A stretch of 64,000 nt of DNA from Gammaproteobacteria bacterium. Its GTDB lineage: Bacteria > Pseudomonadota > Gammaproteobacteria > G965277405. Shown in pieces: positions 59,253-64,000 of this stretch (positions are counted from its first letter, which is position 1; each line of letters begins with the position of its first letter). The stretch spans positions 1,120,001-1,184,000 of the forward strand of contig OZ255726.1 in the NCBI GenBank assembly GCA_965277405.1, read 5' to 3'. Both the position numbers and the translations under genes were made by a program. The notes beneath the pieces were generated by a model, which was not told the DNA's origin, ran no database searches, and worked only from the letters and a program-made list of their open reading frames with translations.

Positions 59253-60410
59253 ATGAATCCTTTTGTCTTCAACACATCACCCAGCATCCGCTTTGGTGCT
59301 GGTCAGCTGTCGCAGCTTGGTGAAATCGTCAAAGCCGAGATCGGCGATCACATTCTGTTAGTGACGGATCATGGAATAATCGCGACTGGCATCGTAGATC
59401 GTGCCCTCGCAGCATTGAATTCTGCTGGCATTGAAGTCACGGTGTTCAGCGATGTGCAGGCCGACCCGCCTGAAACAATTGTATTGCAGGCAACCCAGGC
59501 TGCAATCAACTCTGAGGTCCAAGGCATTGTCGGCCTTGGCGGGGGTTCTTCCCTTGATGTTGCCAAGTTGGCTGCCCTGCTCGCACTGGGTCGGGAGGAG
59601 TTGAAGGATGCCTATGGCATTGGCAACGCTATTGGACCGCGCCTGCCACTAATCCTTGTTCCAACCACCGCCGGTACTGGGTCCGAAGTGACGCCTATCT
59701 CTATTGTAACTACAGGTGCTTGCGAAAAGATGGGGGTGGTTTCACCCGTGATACTGCCTGATATCGCGCTGCTAGACCCAGACCTGACGCTGGGTTTGCC
59801 TGCGCATATTACTGCGGCCACCGGCATTGATGCCATGGTGCATGCGATCGAGTCCTATGCCTCGGCCAGTTCAAATAACAACCCTATATCCCGCAATCTA
59901 GCGACACAAGCATTACGCCTGATGGGGGGAGCACTCGAGACTACCGTACATAACGGTAGTAATGTCGAGGCCCGCGCCAATATGCTGCTAGGTTCGATGC
60001 TAGCGGGTCAAGCATTTGCCAATTCGCCTGTTGCCGCGGTTCACGCGCTTGCATATCCTATCGGCGGGTATTTTCATGTTCCGCATGGTTTATCCAATGC
60101 GCTGGTACTGCCTCATGTGCTGCGCTTCAACACTAAAGTCGCGCCACAGCCTTACGCTGAAATGGCACCTTATGCCTTTCCTGATCTGGCACGACTGCAA
60201 GGACAAGAACTCGCCGAAGCATTCTGCGATGCTATGGAGGATCTTTCAAAACGCTGCGGATTGCAACAAACACTTCGCGAAATGGATATACCTCGTGATT
60301 TCCTGCCAAAACTGGCCAGTGCCGCAATGAACCAGACCAGATTGCTGGTCAATAACCCACGGAAAGTCCACGAGGTTGATGCGCTCTCAATTTATGAAGC
60401 CGCCTGGTAA
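59253..60410 (+). CDS. Iron-containing alcohol dehydrogenase, AttL/BlcB (gamma-hydroxybutyrate dehydrogenase)-like
   Basis: GLGGGSSLDVAK, PTTAGTGSEVT, TGIDAMVHAIE, AFANSPVAAVHALAYP, HVPHGLSNA. Confidence 0.88.
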   Translation: MNPFVFNTSPSIRFGAGQLSQLGEIVKAEIGDHILLVTDHGIIATGIVDRALAALNSAGIEVTVFSDVQADPPETIVLQATQAAINSEVQGIVGLGGGSSLDVAKLAALLALGREELKDAYGIGNAIGPRLPLILVPTTAGTGSEVTPISIVTTGACEKMGVVSPVILPDIALLDPDLTLGLPAHITAATGIDAMVHAIESYASASSNNNPISRNLATQALRLMGGALETTVHNGSNVEARANMLLGSMLAGQAFANSPVAAVHALAYPIGGYFHVPHGLSNALVLPHVLRFNTKVAPQPYAEMAPYAFPDLARLQGQELAEAFCDAMEDLSKRCGLQQTLREMDIPRDFLPKLASAAMNQTRLLVNNPRKVHEVDALSIYEAAW

Positions 60411-60699
60411 CGCCGTATTGAAAGGGTCTGTGGGCGCAGCTCACTCGCCATAAACTGATGTGAGATCACTATGTCAACAATATATACCAAACTGACCGCT
60501 GGCAACAATACCAGTATTTAGTCTCAGCAAAAAAAACCCTATTTTCGAGAAATTCTATCTTTGAGTCCAGTTAAATTAGGGCTAGCATTTCCTGTTTTTG
60601 TCGTAAACTCGTACTTTTTTTATAGATATTGACTCAAAAAGCGTGAATTTGTGCTCTGAAATGTCCGCTAGAAGCACGTTCCCCTTTTTTAGTTTGCTA

Positions 60700-61742
60700 A
60701 AATTTAGGCTACTATTCTGAGCTTCCTCTTTTCAATTTTTCTTTTTCTTGGTTTAATATTTCCCTGCTATGCGCTTAACAGGTCGTTCGTTGATCTATTG
60801 ATGAACTTCGTTTTGCTGTGTTTTGCGCAACGTGGGGCGTTGCGCTCAATTCACGGCATTGCTTGGCATTGCTTGACAAGGCCTTTGGTGTCGTATTTCT
60901 TGTCCGCTGCCAATGTCACTTGGCGATTTCCTGGAATATTGGCTAGCATTTCTATCGCAGCATCGGTTGCAGCGGTGCCGCTGAACTGTTTGCTATGTGC
61001 GTCTACCACCAAACCATTGCGGTCCTCAATCATAATATTGCCCACGTAACACGGTATTGCCGCTTGGCCTTGGCTTTTCTTGCCAAAGCGCGCTTCTGGA
61101 TCTGTGGTAGATTGGTGGGTAGCGCGGTGGCGTTTCTTGCCTTTAACATCAATCCGTTTGTTGCTGCTGCCATAATTGTGGTCATCGTCGTCTTTCATGT
61201 GGAAGCTTTTCACTGATGCCAGCGCGTATAGTAATGTTCCATCCACACTGAAATGTTCGTCTGCAAGAAGACCTGCTGTTTCAGCCTGTTGTTTGATGCG
61301 AATGAAAAACTTAACAGCAGTATTTCCCGCAAGAAGACGATCGCGGTTTTTGGTGACGGTTGAGTGATTCCAAATACCATCATCCATACAAAAACCGACA
61401 AACCAACGGAACATCAGGTTATAGCCAATTTGCTCCATCAACGCACGTTCGCTGCGGATCGTGAAAAGCGCCATCAACAACTGGGCACGCAATAATTTCT
61501 CTGGTGGTATACCTGCTCGTCAGCTTGGGGCATACAAAGTATTGAAGTGGCCGTTCATCTCCTACAACGCCACATCGACCATTTTCTTGATATGGAGAAT
61601 TGGGTGATTTTGGGGTACTGCGCTTGCAGCGATAGGGTGCTGAACATTCTAGCTTGGGTGAAATCAGTTCCTCGTATCGAATTATCTCAGGAAAATAAAC
61701 ATTATACCTTATTAAGGAAGGGGTGTGTTTTTCAACAGCCTT
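60700..61742 (-). mobile_element. IS5-family element with frameshifted/nonsense transposase pseudogene
   Basis: Pieces RGTDFTQARMFS, NHPILHIKKMVD, GIPPEKLLRAQLLMALFTIRSER..YNLMFRWFVG, FSVDGTL, STTDPEAR, ADKKYD; end GTTTTTCAACAGCC(T) near 61727-61741. Left boundary approximate. Confidence 0.8.
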
Positions 61743-61846
61743 AGCAAAGCATTTGAACGTTGACTACTAGAATAATATTTCTTAGCATAAACTTCTTGTG
61801 TATCAAGGAATAACCCCCAATAATATAGGAACTTCTGATTAAGACC

Positions 61847-62431
61847 ATGATTACGATTACTGACGCAGCGCAAACATATTTGCAGCAATTACTCGATAAA
61901 CAAGATGTCCAAGACATTGCCGTGCGTTTATTCGTGCATAATCCAGGCACATTTACCGCAGAAACATGTTTGGCATATTGTAAGCCTGGTGAGGAGCAAG
62001 CAACAGATACTCGCATCGATGACTTGATGTTTACGGTCTACCTCGATGCGCCGAGTCTACCATATCTAAAAGATACAGCTGTTGACTTTGATAGCGACCA
62101 AATGGGTGGACAGTTGACCATCAAAGCACCAAATGCCAAACTTCCTCAAGTCGATGAGAACAGCGCAGTTGCCGATCAAGTCCGCTATGTATTATTCAAC
62201 GACATCAATCCAGGTCTAGCCGCACACGGAGGAATGGTGCAGTTAATTGAAATGAAAGAAAACGATACTATTGCTGTACTCCAATTTGGTGGTGGCTGCC
62301 AAGGCTGCGGGATGATCGACACAACACTGCAACATGGAGTTGAAACGATGATTAAAGAAAAAGTTCCGCAAATTGTTGCCATTCAAGACATTACTGACCA
62401 CAGTCAAGCAGACAATGCCTATTTTTCATAA
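61847..62431 (+). CDS. nfuA: Fe/S biogenesis protein NfuA
   Basis: MITITDAAQ, NPGTFTAETCLAYC, GGQLTIKAPNAK, INPGLAAHGG, FGGGCQGC. Confidence 0.95.
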   Translation: MITITDAAQTYLQQLLDKQDVQDIAVRLFVHNPGTFTAETCLAYCKPGEEQATDTRIDDLMFTVYLDAPSLPYLKDTAVDFDSDQMGGQLTIKAPNAKLPQVDENSAVADQVRYVLFNDINPGLAAHGGMVQLIEMKENDTIAVLQFGGGCQGCGMIDTTLQHGVETMIKEKVPQIVAIQDITDHSQADNAYFS

Positions 62432-62943
62432 TGCGCATCATGCGGCTGATTTGGTTACCACTGAGTATTATCGTATTGGTATTCGTGATTACTATTACGG
62501 TGCGTGTCGTAGAAAAACCAAAGCCAATTGCCTTACCTGCGGGTAAGCAAGTTTCATTTGTCCTAACCGATACCAGCCAATCACTCACCCAACTTGATTT
62601 TCAATCAGTATCTGCAATCACTTGGTTTGATGCATCATGTCTACCGAGTTGTACAACTATTACCCAAGTTGCAGCCCTCAAAATCCGCTACCCGCAACTC
62701 AAGGTTGTTTTGGTTGCACTTAGTCCAGTATCACAACAACAATATCTTGATTTTACTGTTATCAAACCACAGCGCAGACAAATTGAGCACCTAGCACGCC
62801 AACTGGGTAGCTGGGTGGAATTTATGCCAAAATTATTGTATAGCAAAAAGATTTTTATATTTTCTCAACAGCGGTTGCAATTAGTAGTAGATGCTCAACT
62901 TGACCCTAATCAAGTTAATCTTTCTCAGTATCGCACGCTGTAA
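62431..62943 (+). CDS. Divergent SCO-like (thioredoxin-fold) membrane-anchored protein
   Basis: N-terminal TM, FVLTD, CLPSC (CxxxC), LARQLG; LYS where SCO proteins have xHS. Confidence 0.45.
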   Translation: MRIMRLIWLPLSIIVLVFVITITVRVVEKPKPIALPAGKQVSFVLTDTSQSLTQLDFQSVSAITWFDASCLPSCTTITQVAALKIRYPQLKVVLVALSPVSQQQYLDFTVIKPQRRQIEHLARQLGSWVEFMPKLLYSKKIFIFSQQRLQLVVDAQLDPNQVNLSQYRTL

Positions 62944-63985
62944 CAGCGTCAAATACGGCTGCAGCTACGGTTGCTGTGGCGATTGACTGCATACAATTGT
63001 GGTGTTGCAATGGGCAGCTGCGTTGGAAACAAGGAGAACACGGTTGCGGCTGATGGATAATCCGTGCCTGTGCATGCAATGGTGGCGTATGGGTTGGGTC
63101 AGTTGATCCAAACAATGCTACCACCTTAGCCCCAATCGCACAGGCCACATGCATCAGCCCTGAGTCATGACATACGAGCACTTCAACTGCGCTGATGACA
63201 TCGATTACTTCATCTAAGCTTGTTATGCCACACAGCGACACAACGTTGTCGTTCGTAAGCAATTGCTCCGCCAACGGTTGATCAGCATCACTGCCAACAA
63301 CAACAACGACATATACTGGAGCGAGCAGCGCAACCAATTGCTTATATTTCTCAATCGGCCATTGCTTGCTAGGTCCAAATGCTGCACCTGGAGCTATCGC
63401 AATACATTTAGCGGCTGCGTTTACACCATGTTGCTGGAGTAGCCGAATGCCTTTGTTCGGTACTGCGAACAATTTTGGTAGGGTGTCATTATCAACGTCT
63501 CCTGCAATACAACTAAGCAATTGGGTATACCGATGCACCATTTTTTTGATGCGCTTGGCTTTGCCTATTGGCCTGTTGTTTATTAACCCATACCGTGACT
63601 CTCCTAGCCAACCAATACGCCGCGGTATTTTTGCGAACCATGGAATGAGTGCGTGTTTCCAAGCATTTGGCAGTACAAAAGCATATTGATAGTTTCTACA
63701 AGTCAATCCGTCTGCTAGTGCAATTCGTTGCAAAAGTGCAAACGACTTACGTTGAATGGAATTGCGAATTACTTGATCGACTTCTGGCATACGCTGCACT
63801 ACAGCTGCAAGCTCGCGGTTGACAAAAACATCGATACGAACTTTTGGAAATGCCGTGGCAAACCCACGCAGCAGCGCATGTGCCATCACCAAGTCCCCCA
63901 GCCATTGCGGCGCAATAAAAAGCGCACGTTTTGGCGGTGTTACCAGTGAGTTATTTTGAAGCAATGCGATATAACACCGTGGCAC
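62915..63985 (-). CDS. waaF: Lipopolysaccharide heptosyltransferase II (start uncertain)
   Basis: PQWLGDLVMA, RMPEV, RRIGWLGESRYGLIN, PGAAFGPSKQWP, HDSGLMHVA, HTPPL, CSPCFQRSCPLQHHNC. Confidence 0.93.
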   Translation of the reverse strand: MPRCYIALLQNNSLVTPPKRALFIAPQWLGDLVMAHALLRGFATAFPKVRIDVFVNRELAAVVQRMPEVDQVIRNSIQRKSFALLQRIALADGLTCRNYQYAFVLPNAWKHALIPWFAKIPRRIGWLGESRYGLINNRPIGKAKRIKKMVHRYTQLLSCIAGDVDNDTLPKLFAVPNKGIRLLQQHGVNAAAKCIAIAPGAAFGPSKQWPIEKYKQLVALLAPVYVVVVVGSDADQPLAEQLLTNDNVVSLCGITSLDEVIDVISAVEVLVCHDSGLMHVACAIGAKVVALFGSTDPTHTPPLHAQARIIHQPQPCSPCFQRSCPLQHHNCMQSIATATVAAAVFDAVTACDTEKD

Positions 63986-64000
63986 CGCGCCAACGCGGTA

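Overview
64 kb of a moderately AT-rich proteobacterial chromosome, gammaproteobacteria-like by gene content and order. A housekeeping backbone (pal x2, tRNA-Leu, hemB-murB-argJ-mutS, pmbA, ftsH, tRNA-Val, thrS-infC-rpmI-rplT-pheST-ihfA-tRNA-Pro, nfuA, waaF) is interleaved with visibly GC-richer acquired blocks: a truncated O-antigen sugar cluster (3.6-9.8 kb), a damaged sugar ABC transporter (10-14.5 kb), and a BlcR/AttM/AttL-like lactone-catabolic island (45-60.4 kb) that contains a lysine-less proteorhodopsin paralogue coupled to a flotillin. Decayed IS5-family fragments are common, and a ~300-bp structured IS5-type MITE is present in 4 full copies, 1 partial copy and several solo ends. The most unusual locus (25.5-33.4 kb, AT-rich) encodes a TPR lipoprotein, a single protein that appears to fuse a FliF-like periplasmic ring domain, a TM helix and FliG M/C domains, then MotA and MotB. 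These run into MoxR-DUF58-vWA genes and a type IV pilin, with no other flagellar gene in the window, so this is a candidate minimal non-flagellar rotary motor. All calls come from reading motifs by eye; no searches were run.
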